Positions 29,104 through 39,960 of a stretch of DNA of 64,000 nt are shown here, piece by piece. Position numbers and translations under genes: made by a program. This DNA is from Spirochaetia bacterium (GTDB lineage: Bacteria > Spirochaetota > Spirochaetia > UBA9216): NCBI GenBank assembly GCA_965140585.1, contig OZ223265.1, positions 288,001-352,000 on the forward strand. The letters run 5' to 3'. Every line of letters starts with the position of its first letter. Position 1 is the stretch's first letter. The notes below the pieces were generated by a model. It saw nothing but the letters and a program-made list of their open reading frames with translations, was not told the DNA's origin and ran no database searches.

Positions 29104-30306
29104 ATGACAGAACTGATATATTACAGCGAACCTGAGAGAAGTTCGTTTTCCGCTAAAATACTCGAAATCAGAGAAGATAAAAGAGGTGTCTCCCTGATTC
29201 TTGATCGTACATGCTTCTATCCCGAAGGAGGCGGACAGCCTGCCGATAAAGGACGCATTGCGGAGCTGAATATAATCGACGTACAAAAAACCGATGATGA
29301 GGTCCTCCATTATTTCGAAGAAGGGAAAAATCGAACTGATCTGCCCGCTGAAGGAAGTACAGCTGAATGTGAAGTCGATATGGATCATCGTTTTGACTAT
29401 ATGCAGCAGCATACAGGTCAGCATCTTGTTTCTGCGGCTCTCGTAAAGATAGCGGATATTCAGACGGTTTCAGTTCATCAGGGTGAAGAATACACGGCAA
29501 TTGAAACTTCGGCTGAGGAGATCGATGCACTGACAATAGCCGGGGTTGAATCTGAGGTAAATAGAATTATCTGTCTCAATCTACCGGTGAATGCCGTTGT
29601 AACTGATGATGAGGGGCTCAGTGAGTTCAATCTTCGAAGACCCACCAAACGAAGCGGTAAAATAAGAATAGTTGAAATACCCGGCACAGACTGTGTTGCA
29701 TGCGGAGGTCTGCACCTTTCATCGACCGGCCTCACAGGTCTGGCAAAGTGTACCGGAACCGAAAAAATCAGAGGTCATGTCAGACTTCTGTGGAAAATAG
29801 GCAGAAGGGCATATGAGGATTACAGCCTTAAAACTGCAGTTACAGATGAACTCTCTGTTCTGTACAGCGCACCACTTGCCGAGATTACGGACAGATGCAA
29901 AGACTCACTTGAAGCCTTTAACCGTTTGAAATATGAGCTTGGGCAGATGGAAATCGCGCGTGCGGAAAAAACAGCTGGTGATATAGCCGAATACGGCAGG
30001 CCCTGGACAGAATCGGCGAAAGTGCATACCGTCATTCTTGAGAATGAAAGCTCGGATTATATAAAAAACCTCTGCCGTTTACTTTCAGACTGTGACGAAG
30101 GAAAAATATTCATGCTTTTCAACAAGTCTGCAGATAAGACAACCTGGGCCCTCGTTCAGGCCGGTGAGTCTGACTTTAATTTTAATGCTTTCAGCAGTGA
30201 TTTTCTGAAACCCCTCGGTGTAAAGGGAGGCGGCAAGTCCCCGATATGGCAGGGAATTCTTACTCAGCCTGAAAAACTCCCGGAACTTATGGAACGCATC
30301 AGCTGA
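29104..30306 (+). CDS. AlaX-type alanyl-tRNA editing protein
   Basis: FYPEGGGQPAD, QQHTGQH, CGGLH, C-terminal KGGG. Confidence 0.88.
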   Translation: MTELIYYSEPERSSFSAKILEIREDKRGVSLILDRTCFYPEGGGQPADKGRIAELNIIDVQKTDDEVLHYFEEGKNRTDLPAEGSTAECEVDMDHRFDYMQQHTGQHLVSAALVKIADIQTVSVHQGEEYTAIETSAEEIDALTIAGVESEVNRIICLNLPVNAVVTDDEGLSEFNLRRPTKRSGKIRIVEIPGTDCVACGGLHLSSTGLTGLAKCTGTEKIRGHVRLLWKIGRRAYEDYSLKTAVTDELSVLYSAPLAEITDRCKDSLEAFNRLKYELGQMEIARAEKTAGDIAEYGRPWTESAKVHTVILENESSDYIKNLCRLLSDCDEGKIFMLFNKSADKTTWALVQAGESDFNFNAFSSDFLKPLGVKGGGKSPIWQGILTQPEKLPELMERIS

Positions 30307-30339
30307 GTATTATATAAGATAGGCGGTTTATCAGGAGTT

Positions 30340-31527
30340 TCAGCTCATCAGCCTTGTAACCGCGTTCTCAAGCCCCTTCATGCTGATGTCGTACATCGGG
30401 AAGATGTCGCGTATTATTCCGATGGAACTTGTATACTGCCACAGATAATCAGGTACCGGGTTCAGCCAGACGGTATGCCGGAACATTGAAGCCAGCTGTT
30501 TCAGATATTCAAGGCCGGGTGCATTTTCACGATCTTCGGTCCGTATTACTCCGTTTCGGTATAAAAGCTCATATGGCGACATACTGGCGTCACCCACAAT
30601 AATCAGCCTGGTCTCAGGGTCACGTCCCGAAAAATCCTCTATGGGCACAGGTTTCTTAAAACGCTGCGGATCCGACCAGATACGCCGGTAGATGGTATTG
30701 TGAAAGTAATAGACGTTAAGATCCTTGAAAAAACTGTGCGCATGATCGAAAAGCTTTTTAACTGTCCCGATGTGGGGATCCATTGAAAAGCCGCCGTTAT
30801 CAATCATCAGAATAACTTTAAGCCGGTCACGCAGACTCTGTGAAAATACCAGTTCTATTTCACCCGCATTGCGCATTGTCTGGTAGATGGTGGCATCAAT
30901 ATCAAGCCTGTCCTTCGGACCATGAGGAACCATGATTTTCAGCTTCTTGAGAGCTTCCATCATTGTGGCTTCAGACAGCATTACATCATCAGAATAATCC
31001 CTGTACCGTCTTTCCCCGGCAACCTTCATTGCAGAACGGCTTGTGGAAGTTCCACCTACCCTCATTCCGTCCACATGGCATCCGGAATGCCCTGTGGGAG
31101 ATGTACCTGAGGTGCCTATCCACTTCGTCCCGCCGTCGTGCTTCTCCTTCTGTTCTTCAAGTCTGTCCTTGAAATACTGCAGAAGCTCGTCGGGGGTCAT
31201 ACTCTCAAAATCCAGACTGTCGGAATCAAACTGACGCGCCGGATCGGAGGCTTCCCGGAGCCACAGTTCAAGCAGGGCTGCCATCTTTTCATCAGGCATT
31301 ATCCCGTCAAGAATGGACTCATCGGCTCCTTCAAAATGATAGGCAAATATACGGTCATATGCGTCGAAGTGGCGTTCACTTTTCACAAGAATACTTCTGG
31401 CGCAATGATAAAAGCTGTTCAGGCTGATAATAAGCCCCTTGTACAGGGCTCTCTGAAGGTTAAGATATGCGGTAAAACTTACCGGAACTCCGGCTCTTTT
31501 AAGTTCCAAGAAAAAATCTGCAAACAT
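30340..31527 (-). CDS. VWA domain protein (CoxE-like), MoxR partner
   Basis: HDGGTKWIGTSGTSP, LMIDNGGFSM, YFHN, VGDASM, WLNP. Confidence 0.85.
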   Translation of the reverse strand: MFADFFLELKRAGVPVSFTAYLNLQRALYKGLIISLNSFYHCARSILVKSERHFDAYDRIFAYHFEGADESILDGIMPDEKMAALLELWLREASDPARQFDSDSLDFESMTPDELLQYFKDRLEEQKEKHDGGTKWIGTSGTSPTGHSGCHVDGMRVGGTSTSRSAMKVAGERRYRDYSDDVMLSEATMMEALKKLKIMVPHGPKDRLDIDATIYQTMRNAGEIELVFSQSLRDRLKVILMIDNGGFSMDPHIGTVKKLFDHAHSFFKDLNVYYFHNTIYRRIWSDPQRFKKPVPIEDFSGRDPETRLIIVGDASMSPYELLYRNGVIRTEDRENAPGLEYLKQLASMFRHTVWLNPVPDYLWQYTSSIGIIRDIFPMYDISMKGLENAVTRLMS

Positions 31528-32363
31528 CAGTCTGTCAGTGTTTCGGAGGCCTTTTTAAGATCTTCACTCCGTTTGAAAAGAACTCCAAGGAATGGAACCC
31601 TGCCCCTTCTCAGCTGATCGGTATCAAATTCCGGATCTGCAGAAAGCGCGCGTATCCAGTTGATAAGCTCTCTGGTAGCAGGCTTTTTTTCTATGCTTCC
31701 GATACTCCTGAGCCGGTAGAAAGTCTCTATTATATTATCAGCAGTTTTTTTACCCATGTCGGAAAAATGCACTTTTACAATTTTATCCATCTGTTTCCGG
31801 TCAGGAAAGGCAATATGATGAAAGTTGCACCTGCCCAGAAAGGGGTCGGAAAGGTCTTTCTTGCTGTTGGAAGTGATTATAATTACAGGTCTGTGAACTG
31901 CCTTGATTGTTTTATCTGTTTCTATTATATCAAACTGCATCTGATCCAGAACATCAAGCATGTCATCCTGAAAATCGGTGTCGGCCTTGTCAATTTCATC
32001 GATTAGAAGAACTACACGTTTATCGGCGGTAAAGGCCTGACCGATTTTCCCCATACGGATATAATCATCAATACGGCTTACATCACGATCTGAATCACCG
32101 AAACGGCTGTCATTAAGTCTTGTCAGAGTATCATACTGGTAGAGGGCATCAACCAGCTTCATACTTGATTTAACATTCAGAATAATAAGCGGCATATTCA
32201 AGCTGTCGGCAACCGCATGAGCGAGCATCGTCTTTCCAGTTCCAGGCTCCCCTTTTAAAAGCAGGGGCATTTCCAGCTGAATTGAAATATTAACTATATC
32301 AGACAGCTCGCCGTCAAGAACGTAACTGCCCGAACCGCTGAAAATTTGTTTATCTGATGACAT
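31527..32363 (-). CDS. MoxR-family AAA+ ATPase
   Basis: LLKGEPGTGKT, LLIDEIDKAD, IITSN. Confidence 0.9.
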   Translation of the reverse strand: MSSDKQIFSGSGSYVLDGELSDIVNISIQLEMPLLLKGEPGTGKTMLAHAVADSLNMPLIILNVKSSMKLVDALYQYDTLTRLNDSRFGDSDRDVSRIDDYIRMGKIGQAFTADKRVVLLIDEIDKADTDFQDDMLDVLDQMQFDIIETDKTIKAVHRPVIIITSNSKKDLSDPFLGRCNFHHIAFPDRKQMDKIVKVHFSDMGKKTADNIIETFYRLRSIGSIEKKPATRELINWIRALSADPEFDTDQLRRGRVPFLGVLFKRSEDLKKASETLTD

Positions 32364-32374
32364 AAAAAATCCTG

Positions 32375-33340
32375 TTACTGCTTGTGGTTTCTGAGTCTGA
32401 GAAGTTCGTTCGCCGTATCTTCATCAGTGATAAGCGAGTTGATATATCCGCCGTTGATAGCTCCGAGAATAGGCAAAGCCTTTTCTTTTCCGGAGGTAAC
32501 ACCGATTCTAAGCGGAATAGCCTTCAGCTCCTCAAGAGATATTGCCATTACCCGGTCGGCAATACTGCTTTTTACAACTTTGCCCTTCAGATCATAATGA
32601 CGGCAGAGGATATCGCCCACTGCACCTGCAAGCTTCAATTCGTGGTTCTCCTCACGTGTGATCGAACCGGTGACAACAAGCGAAGCCGTGTCGCTGAAAT
32701 CTCCTATACCGACAAGAGCCTTTGTACAGCTGCGTCCCAGTGTCAGGGCTTCATTGATGCTTGAATCGCGGATAAGAGCCTTCTTAATGTCCAGATGTGC
32801 AACAACAGCCGGAGTATTCAGCCATATCCCCTTTGCACTCAGTTTGGAAACCATCATTTCCATAACCTTCTGAGGCAGAAGCTCTCCGCCGGTGTTCATT
32901 CCGCCGCTGAGCTGCACAACTGTCAAGTCACGGTCCTTCACAGGCCTTATGGCCATACCGACATGAAAAAGGTTTCTTCCCCAGGAACATCCGATTATAT
33001 CGCCGTCCTGCAGATTCTGTTCAAGGAAACCTGCACATGCTACACCTACGCCTTCCCGTGTATCTTCGGGGTTATCACCCTGCGGAACAACCCGGACAAG
33101 GTCCAGATCAAAGGTTTCACGTACCATTTCTTCTATTTCAAAGCAGGTTCTGAATGTTCTGCTGATATTTATCTCGACAACACCCTCATCCTTTGCCTGG
33201 GCAAGGAGTCTGGTGACTTTTGTCCTTGAAAAATCTAACTTCCTGGCAATCTCTTCCTGTGTAAGGCCCTGTATATAGTACATCCAGGCGATTCGGGCCA
33301 GGAGAGATATTTTTCTATGCGAACTGGTTTTCTCACTCAT
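32375..33340 (-). CDS. SorC/DeoR-type sugar-binding transcriptional regulator
   Basis: IAWMYYIQGLTQEEIA..SRTKVTRLL HTH; WGRNL, GAVGDI, LITDE. Confidence 0.92.
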   Translation of the reverse strand: MSEKTSSHRKISLLARIAWMYYIQGLTQEEIARKLDFSRTKVTRLLAQAKDEGVVEINISRTFRTCFEIEEMVRETFDLDLVRVVPQGDNPEDTREGVGVACAGFLEQNLQDGDIIGCSWGRNLFHVGMAIRPVKDRDLTVVQLSGGMNTGGELLPQKVMEMMVSKLSAKGIWLNTPAVVAHLDIKKALIRDSSINEALTLGRSCTKALVGIGDFSDTASLVVTGSITREENHELKLAGAVGDILCRHYDLKGKVVKSSIADRVMAISLEELKAIPLRIGVTSGKEKALPILGAINGGYINSLITDEDTANELLRLRNHKQ

Positions 33341-33437
33341 TGCATAACTTTAACCATATATTGTAGAGAAAATCAACTAAAAAGTTTGACATTTGTGCAT
33401 TTTTTTACTCTGTAACCAATGTGCGGATTCAGCGGAT

Positions 33438-33476
33438 AAAAAAAGAGCTGAACAGAACATTTGTTCCGCCCAGCCC
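33438..33476 (-). terminator. intrinsic terminator after the protease gene
   Basis: Minus-strand stem GGGCUGGGCGGAAC/GUUCUGUUCAGCUC (with G-U pairs) followed by U7. Confidence 0.7.
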
Positions 33477-33501
33477 GCAATTAACACAACTAATTTACCT
33501 A

Positions 33502-34992
33502 TCAGGAAGCAGCCCTTATCATTTTCAGCCAGGCTTCCGGTATCATCGAAACTGGGTATATATAGCCCATTGAGCTGTTGTCCGAATCGATGACAAAGCC
33601 GGGAAAACCGATTAGCTCAAAGTAACTGTCTATCACTGCACCTCCGGAGTTTCCGCTGTTGATAAGGCTGTCGGTTTTCACCAGCAGACCGCTTGAGGTA
33701 AGCTCAAAACCGCTTACTATGCCGGTAGTAAAAGTAACCGAAGTCCTGGAGCCGCTGCCTCCTATAGCCGGGAAGCCTATGGTTCCGACCGGCTGACCTA
33801 TGCGCAGCCTTGAGGAATCCCCGATGCTCAGAAAAGGAAAACTGTAGCCGAAGGGAAGCTCCTGACCATAGAGTCCGCCGCTGACTTTCAGCAGGGCAAG
33901 ATCGAGCTCTTCATCGTACTCCAGTACCGACAGACTGAACAGCTCCTGCGGAGGATAGCGTTCATCAAAGGTCAGAGCAGCGTACAGCGCATCCGACGGA
34001 TTCCCGTCAGGACCGCGAATTACATGCCAGTTTGTAATTATCAGACCGTCACGGCTTACTAAGCAGCCGGAGCCCTTTCCATTTGATGATATAACCTCTA
34101 CCACCGCCTGAAGTGCAGAGCCGAAGCTGCTGTCTTCCGAAGGAGCGGAAGGGATCTGCAGAAGTGCCTCAGGAACATCTGCCCCGTATGTAATATAAAT
34201 AGAAAACTTCTGCGGGATGTCATGGACTACCTGATCGGTAAAGGAAATAAAATACTTTCCCGGAATCAGTCTGGCACCGTCCATTCCGCGGACAATCAGA
34301 CTTTCATTGCCGAGAAGGCTTTCTGCAGCATACATAGCCTCAGCCCGGGTCTTGGCCGGAGTTTTCATTGAAGCAAATATATCTATATCAGCGTTTGTAT
34401 CAAAAACATCAATTCTAAAGCTCTCTGTTCCGGCCGGAATGTTTACAGCGGCTGTGAGATACATTCCGTTTTCCGGCAGCAGTTCAAGATTATAACGCTG
34501 ACCTTCAACCGCTGTAACTTGCGGATCGGCAGAGATAATTTCGCATTTAATGGAAAAGTCCACAGAAGTACGGGTTTCACCGTCAATCACCGGAAGATAA
34601 TCGAACTGATAGGCAACCTTGACAAAGTAGATGCCGGTATCAAGACCGGGGTCATCCATCCTTGTAACAAAGAGTTCTTCGTTATAGTCTTCAGTTTCCG
34701 CAACATAAAGGGCATCTGAAGCCTGCTCAGCAGGAGCACCGGGATTGATAAAAAGATCCAGATCCGCAGAAGCACCGGAAAGGCTGATCCTAAGACCGTA
34801 GGCATTTTTCGGGATTCGTATCCTGAAGTTTTCAGACTGTTCTGTAAAACTGCCGGAAAGGTCGATAGTGCCGTTCAGGCTCTGTCCATTGTTAAGATCT
34901 GTATATCGGATTCCCTTGTAGGTCTTTTCTGCTGAAACGTTAAAAACCGAAAGCAGGAAACAGAATGCAAGTAATAAAACTTTTGACTTCAC
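33502..34992 (-). CDS. secreted trypsin-like serine protease with N-terminal PPC-like domains
   Basis: Signal peptide; ADLDLF/ADIDIF repeats; ITNWHV, DLALL and GNSGG triad motifs. Confidence 0.88.
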   Translation of the reverse strand: MKSKVLLLAFCFLLSVFNVSAEKTYKGIRYTDLNNGQSLNGTIDLSGSFTEQSENFRIRIPKNAYGLRISLSGASADLDLFINPGAPAEQASDALYVAETEDYNEELFVTRMDDPGLDTGIYFVKVAYQFDYLPVIDGETRTSVDFSIKCEIISADPQVTAVEGQRYNLELLPENGMYLTAAVNIPAGTESFRIDVFDTNADIDIFASMKTPAKTRAEAMYAAESLLGNESLIVRGMDGARLIPGKYFISFTDQVVHDIPQKFSIYITYGADVPEALLQIPSAPSEDSSFGSALQAVVEVISSNGKGSGCLVSRDGLIITNWHVIRGPDGNPSDALYAALTFDERYPPQELFSLSVLEYDEELDLALLKVSGGLYGQELPFGYSFPFLSIGDSSRLRIGQPVGTIGFPAIGGSGSRTSVTFTTGIVSGFELTSSGLLVKTDSLINSGNSGGAVIDSYFELIGFPGFVIDSDNSSMGYIYPVSMIPEAWLKMIRAAS

Positions 34993-35083
34993 GTGTCTTA
35001 CCTCGATGGAAAATATAGCACACTTTATCTCTATTGCCTATTGTGATTAAGGGATTTATAATTTCCACAAATAAGGAGTAATT

Positions 35084-36868
35084 ATGAATAATGATATTCC
35101 AAAATGGAAAGCGGAAAATCCCTACAAGGGCTTTGATGACCCCGATTACCTTTTACTTAAAAGAGAACTTAAAGAATATACAGAAAAGCTTAATAAAGCG
35201 GTTACAGATCACAGCGGACATCTTACCGCAGAAAAACTCACAGAAATAATGAAGATGTACAACGCGGCATCCGACCGTTTTGAGGAACTCGATTCCTATA
35301 TATACTGCTGTCATTCCGTCGACACATCCGACCAGAAAAGCCTGAATGAAATGAATGAATTTGAGGGAATGTCAGTTCCCTTGCAGTCCTTCAGGGTAAA
35401 ATTCAGGGACTTGCTGGCTGCCGAGGGTGAAAGCATCTCCATTCTTATTAAAAATGATCCGTATCTCTCAAAATTCTCATTCTTCTTTGAAGAGGAGATA
35501 CTTCTCCAGAAACACCAGATGACAGCCGAGATGGAAGAATTTGCCGCAGATCTGGCCAGATGCGGGGCTGAATCATGGACAAGACTGCATAACAACATCA
35601 CTTCCACAGCATCAGCCCTCTGGGATGAGAAAACAGGAGAAATGAAGACGGCTACCCAGCTGCGGGCCCTGGCCTTTTCTCCTGATGCTGAAACAAGAAA
35701 AAGAGCCTGGGAACTTGAGAACGTAATATGGAAGGATAACGAAGTTCCCCTTGCATTTGCTCTCAATGGGGTTAAAGGATTCAGCACCGCTGTAAACTCA
35801 AGACGCAGCTTTGAATCAACACTCCAACGTTCAACCATGCAGTCCAGAATAAGCACTAAGACCCTTGAGTCCCTCATCGGTTCACTAACAGATTCACTGC
35901 CGGTATTCAGACGCTATATGCGTCTTAAAGCAGGACTTCTGGGACGAAAGACCCTGCCTTTCTTTGACCTGTTCGCCCCTGTTGGAACTTCGGATAAGGT
36001 ATGGAGCTTTAAGGAGGCATCTGATTTTATAGTTGAAAAATTTACAGCCTTCAGCAGCGACCTGGGTGAGCTTGCATCAACAGCCTTCCGCGAAGGATGG
36101 ATTGATGCCCTTCCGCGTAAAAATAAGATAGGCGGAGCATACTGTGCCGGCCTCCCGGTCGCAGGCGCCTCCAGAATAATGAGCAATTTTGACGGCTCAT
36201 TCAGCGGACTTACAACAGTCGCCCACGAACTAGGTCATGCATACCATAACTATGTGCTTAAAAACGAGGAAGGACTCCACCGCGACTTTCCTATGACGCT
36301 CGCAGAAACCGCTTCAATATTCTGTGAAACCATTGTCTTTGAGGAATCACTTAAAACCTCCCCGGAAAGCGACAAACTGGGAATTATTGAAACCGAACTG
36401 ATGGAAGCCAACCAGGTTGTTGTCGACATCCTTTCAAGGTTCATCTTTGAAAAGGAAATTATGGAGAGACGAAAGACCGGAGAACTCTCTGCTTCGGACT
36501 TCTGCAGCATAATGCTTGATGCACAGATGAAGACCTACGGAGACGCTATGGATCCGGATTATATGCACCCCTACATGTGGGCGGTAAAGGGACATTACTA
36601 TCGTCAGGACCTGGCATTTTACAACTTTCCCTATGCTTTCGGAAAACTCTTCGGTATGGGCCTATACTCGCTCTATCTGAAAGAGGGTGATTCATTCCCC
36701 GAAAAATACCGCAATCTGCTTCTTATGACCGGAAAAGATAGCGCAGAACAGGTGACATTAACAGCCGGCTTTGATATAACAAGTAAAGACTTCTGGATGC
36801 AGGGTATCGACCTTATTGAAAAAAAGGTCGATGAGTTCGAAGAACTCTGCAGCAGAAACATGGGGTAA
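35084..36868 (+). CDS. pepF: oligoendopeptidase F (peptidase M3B)
   Basis: AHELGHAYH, LAETAS, HYY..FYNFPYAFG. Confidence 0.9.
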   Translation: MNNDIPKWKAENPYKGFDDPDYLLLKRELKEYTEKLNKAVTDHSGHLTAEKLTEIMKMYNAASDRFEELDSYIYCCHSVDTSDQKSLNEMNEFEGMSVPLQSFRVKFRDLLAAEGESISILIKNDPYLSKFSFFFEEEILLQKHQMTAEMEEFAADLARCGAESWTRLHNNITSTASALWDEKTGEMKTATQLRALAFSPDAETRKRAWELENVIWKDNEVPLAFALNGVKGFSTAVNSRRSFESTLQRSTMQSRISTKTLESLIGSLTDSLPVFRRYMRLKAGLLGRKTLPFFDLFAPVGTSDKVWSFKEASDFIVEKFTAFSSDLGELASTAFREGWIDALPRKNKIGGAYCAGLPVAGASRIMSNFDGSFSGLTTVAHELGHAYHNYVLKNEEGLHRDFPMTLAETASIFCETIVFEESLKTSPESDKLGIIETELMEANQVVVDILSRFIFEKEIMERRKTGELSASDFCSIMLDAQMKTYGDAMDPDYMHPYMWAVKGHYYRQDLAFYNFPYAFGKLFGMGLYSLYLKEGDSFPEKYRNLLLMTGKDSAEQVTLTAGFDITSKDFWMQGIDLIEKKVDEFEELCSRNMG

Positions 36869-36875
36869 TTTTTTT

Positions 36876-37964
36876 ATGGAGAAACCAAACGGCAAGAAAG
36901 TCGGCATAATAAACGCAGGAGCCTGGGGCACTGCAATCGGAAAAGTACTTGGAGATTTGGGACATGATGTAACTATGTGGGATTTCATGGCCGATGTCGT
37001 CTCCGAGATAAACAGCAAACACTCAAACTCCCGCTATCTGCTGGGAGTCAATCTGAAGGAAACTGTAAAAGCAACCACTGAGCTTACAGAAGCTGCTTCA
37101 GATAAAGATTTTATTATTATTGCGACCCCTTCACTGTACATCCTGGATATAGTGAAGAAACTCGTACCCATTCCCGACATAATGGAAGGAAAACCGGCAA
37201 TCGGAGTCCTTACCAAGGGATTTATACAGACTCCAACTGGGCCTATGCTTATAACAAGAGCAATGGAATCATACCTTCCCGGTTTCTACAAGGACAGCCT
37301 GGTTTACATTTCAGGTCCGAGCCATGCCGAGGAAGTATCAAGGGGAAAGATTACAGGTCTTATCAGCGCCAGTAAAAGCGGGCTGAACTCTATCAGGTTC
37401 AGGGAACTGCTAACAGGCTCAAACCTCCTGGTGTACTCTTCTTTAGATGTCGAGGGTGTTCAGACCTGCGGTGCCGTAAAAAATGTTATTGCAATTGCAT
37501 ACGGAATACTCGATGCACTGAGTGAAATATCAGACAACTTCGGAGATAACACCGAATCGCTGCTGCTCGCTGCAGGTCTTAACGAGATTCAGATACTCGG
37601 TAAAACCCTGGGTTCAGAATACCCGGAAACCTTCACAAGCATTGCAGGTGTTGGCGATCTTGATGTTACCTGCCGAAGTATTCACGGCAGAAACCGGAAA
37701 TTCGGACGCGAGATCATAAAGGCCCATGTCCTTGACAGCTTTGATTCTCTGGATGATCTTATAGCCAACATTTCAAGAATCGGATATCTGCCGGAGGGTG
37801 TGGTTGCCGCCCGTTTTGTAAAGCAGATAACAGAAATATCAAAACTGAAACTTCCAATTTCGGAAGCAGTCTACCGGATCCTAAATAAAGAGCAGATGCC
37901 GATGCAGGCAGTTCAGGATATTGTAAAAAGCCTCAGTACGCAGGCTTCTTCGAAAGAACTTTAA
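36876..37964 (+). CDS. gpsA: NAD(P)H-dependent glycerol-3-phosphate dehydrogenase
   Basis: AGAWGTA, SGPSHAEEV, GAVKNVIAIA, GVGDLDVTC, RNRKFG. Confidence 0.93.
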   Translation: MEKPNGKKVGIINAGAWGTAIGKVLGDLGHDVTMWDFMADVVSEINSKHSNSRYLLGVNLKETVKATTELTEAASDKDFIIIATPSLYILDIVKKLVPIPDIMEGKPAIGVLTKGFIQTPTGPMLITRAMESYLPGFYKDSLVYISGPSHAEEVSRGKITGLISASKSGLNSIRFRELLTGSNLLVYSSLDVEGVQTCGAVKNVIAIAYGILDALSEISDNFGDNTESLLLAAGLNEIQILGKTLGSEYPETFTSIAGVGDLDVTCRSIHGRNRKFGREIIKAHVLDSFDSLDDLIANISRIGYLPEGVVAARFVKQITEISKLKLPISEAVYRILNKEQMPMQAVQDIVKSLSTQASSKEL

Positions 37965-39261
37965 GCCGCTGCATATCGGCGCGCGTAAAGCCTTCCCATT
38001 CCATGGGGAAGAAGCTGTTGTTGTGAAACAGCGGCTCTTCCTCAATCGGATACCGGCATTCTTTAACACATTCATTCCATAATGGAGAACCGGGAACCGG
38101 CGAAAACTCGGAAACCGAGAGCCGCACACCTGTCCTAGAAGCAAAGCGGATCGACTGCTCAACTTCATCCGCTTTTTGACGCGGAAGACCTGCCAGCAGG
38201 TAGACTATTATCTGATTTCTCTCAAAACCGGCATCGGTAAGCATTTCAATACGGTCGTAAAAATCCTGGATACCGAACTTCCTGTCGTGGTTTTCATGAA
38301 AATCATCTGAAGAGCTCTCAAACCCCAGACGGATTTCCCGAAATCCAGCCTTCTTCATCAGATCAGCAGCTTCAGTATCCATATAGCGGATATGCATGGC
38401 ATTGGGTGAATAAAAACTGTACTGAACGCCACTCTTTTCTGATTCATGTATTATTCCCTCAAGAAAGGGTTTAAACACGTCATCTGAACGAAAAAGAAGG
38501 GCATCGTCATAAAATGCAAAATTAAAAGTGCCGTGGACTCTGTTTACCATTTTTATCCATTCGACTGCAGTATCCGGACGGCCCTGATAAAACCCGTCGG
38601 TGAGTTTAAAAGAAGCGCAGTAATCACAGCGCAGCGGACATCCGGAATTAAGATTGATAATTGCAGAGTTATCCCAGACAGGCCCGTCGGAGGGCAGCCG
38701 CCCGGCCTCCACTGAGATCCCCGGCAGAGCCCTTTGCTTCAGCCATAGGTCAAGCCCGGCTCCGGCTGTCCCGGTGTTAACAAAATCAGAGCCGGTTACA
38801 GCTGTGCAGTGCTCCGGCATCAGGCTTGCATAGACTCCTCCTGTGATTACAGGGACATCAGGCCACAGCCTTTTTGCAATTTCAGAAGCCTCCACTGCCC
38901 CCTCATACCAGTATGTCATCCCTGTAGAGATAAAAACAGCATCCGGTGTGTTCTCCGACATCCTGCGTTCAAGCTCAACCCGACCAATACCGTAACAGGC
39001 AAAATTACGGGGAATATTATTCAGTGCATCAGGTTTTTTAACAAGGGTTCTTATAAATTTCCCTGTTCCGTTCTCTTTGGTCTTCCCCGGAGCATGCTCA
39101 AGAGAATTTATAAGCTCAACCTTCCAGCCTGCGGCCGAAAGCATGGCATGCAGCCTCATCAGACCATATGGCTTAAGATAGAGATCAAATAATGCAAACT
39201 CATAGACATTCGGATATATTAGAAGGGCAGAAGGCCGGTCCGGTCTTCCGCGATCAGTCAT
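37933..39261 (-). CDS. B12-binding-domain radical SAM protein
   Basis: GGVYASL, GCPLRCDYC (CxxxCxxC), FYDDALL, LGFES. Confidence 0.88.
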   Translation of the reverse strand: MTDRGRPDRPSALLIYPNVYEFALFDLYLKPYGLMRLHAMLSAAGWKVELINSLEHAPGKTKENGTGKFIRTLVKKPDALNNIPRNFACYGIGRVELERRMSENTPDAVFISTGMTYWYEGAVEASEIAKRLWPDVPVITGGVYASLMPEHCTAVTGSDFVNTGTAGAGLDLWLKQRALPGISVEAGRLPSDGPVWDNSAIINLNSGCPLRCDYCASFKLTDGFYQGRPDTAVEWIKMVNRVHGTFNFAFYDDALLFRSDDVFKPFLEGIIHESEKSGVQYSFYSPNAMHIRYMDTEAADLMKKAGFREIRLGFESSSDDFHENHDRKFGIQDFYDRIEMLTDAGFERNQIIVYLLAGLPRQKADEVEQSIRFASRTGVRLSVSEFSPVPGSPLWNECVKECRYPIEEEPLFHNNSFFPMEWEGFTRADMQRLKVLSKKPAY

Positions 39262-39616
39262 CGCGCCTCACTGTATCCGGTGAGAATGCCGGAAGGCAGA
39301 CTGCAATATACTCAGCACCTTCAGGCTCGGGCGAGCTGTAGCGGACCCATTCACCTGCAGTTATGTGGACGCCTTCGCCGGCGCCTACCGTAAAATTTCC
39401 GGTTTCAGTTTCGACAAGAAGCTTTCCTGCAAGGACAACTGTATACTCATCAAATTCTGGCCGCTGTCCCGGTTCAACCCAGCCGCCGGGGCTCTTCATC
39501 TTTGCAATACTGACAGAACTGTCTCCGCTGTTAACCAGTCCGAAAAACTCTTCAATACGTTTCGGCATGTTTCCGGCAGATTCAACTACCGAAGGCTTAT
39601 CTATTTTGATACTCAT
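39254..39616 (-). CDS. cupin domain protein
   Basis: SPGGWVEPGQRPEFDEYTVVL, GEWVRYSSP. Confidence 0.85.
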   Translation of the reverse strand: MSIKIDKPSVVESAGNMPKRIEEFFGLVNSGDSSVSIAKMKSPGGWVEPGQRPEFDEYTVVLAGKLLVETETGNFTVGAGEGVHITAGEWVRYSSPEPEGAEYIAVCLPAFSPDTVRRDD

Positions 39617-39794
39617 GAATTAATAATAACGTACAATTATTGCGGTGTCACGCAATGAAAGGGACATAATTTTACAAATTTGTGAAGATTTTCCTTGCAT
39701 TTTTACAATTCTGGTTTAGAATAAATTCACATCCAAAATGAGAGAACAATTCATAACTTATCAAAGATTATTTTTTCACATAAAAGGTTGATTA

Positions 39795-39960
39795 ATAGAG
39801 GAGCTGTTTAGACGTTTCCGGAGGTTGGTTGAAAAAAGAGGCGTTTAAACTACTTTTCAGGGGGAGATTTAAAAAAAGCCCCTCAGGGGAAAGGAGGTAG
39901 CAAAACCCTGAGGGGAATATCTAAAAAAAGGAGGTTAATGAAAAAAACTCCACGCTTCAT
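39795..39960. ncRNA. candidate structured small RNA with repeated GGAGG/CCUCC motifs
   Basis: 10-bp stem 39879-39888/39906-39915 enclosing AAGGAGGT, with A7 at 39871-39877 (U7 on the minus strand); second stem 39806-39814/39842-39850; three GGAGGT copies in a 420-bp intergenic gap. Confidence 0.45.

Noticed and set aside
29044-29424. N-terminal extension of the patatin ORF overlapping alaX on the opposite strand
   Set aside because: The signal peptide begins at GTG 29043; the extension is an antisense open frame of alaX.
37933-37964. Convergent 3' overlaps (gpsA/radical SAM; also gpgS/lplA at 57011-57044)
   Set aside because: Short tail-to-tail overlaps are common in compact genomes and show no further structure.
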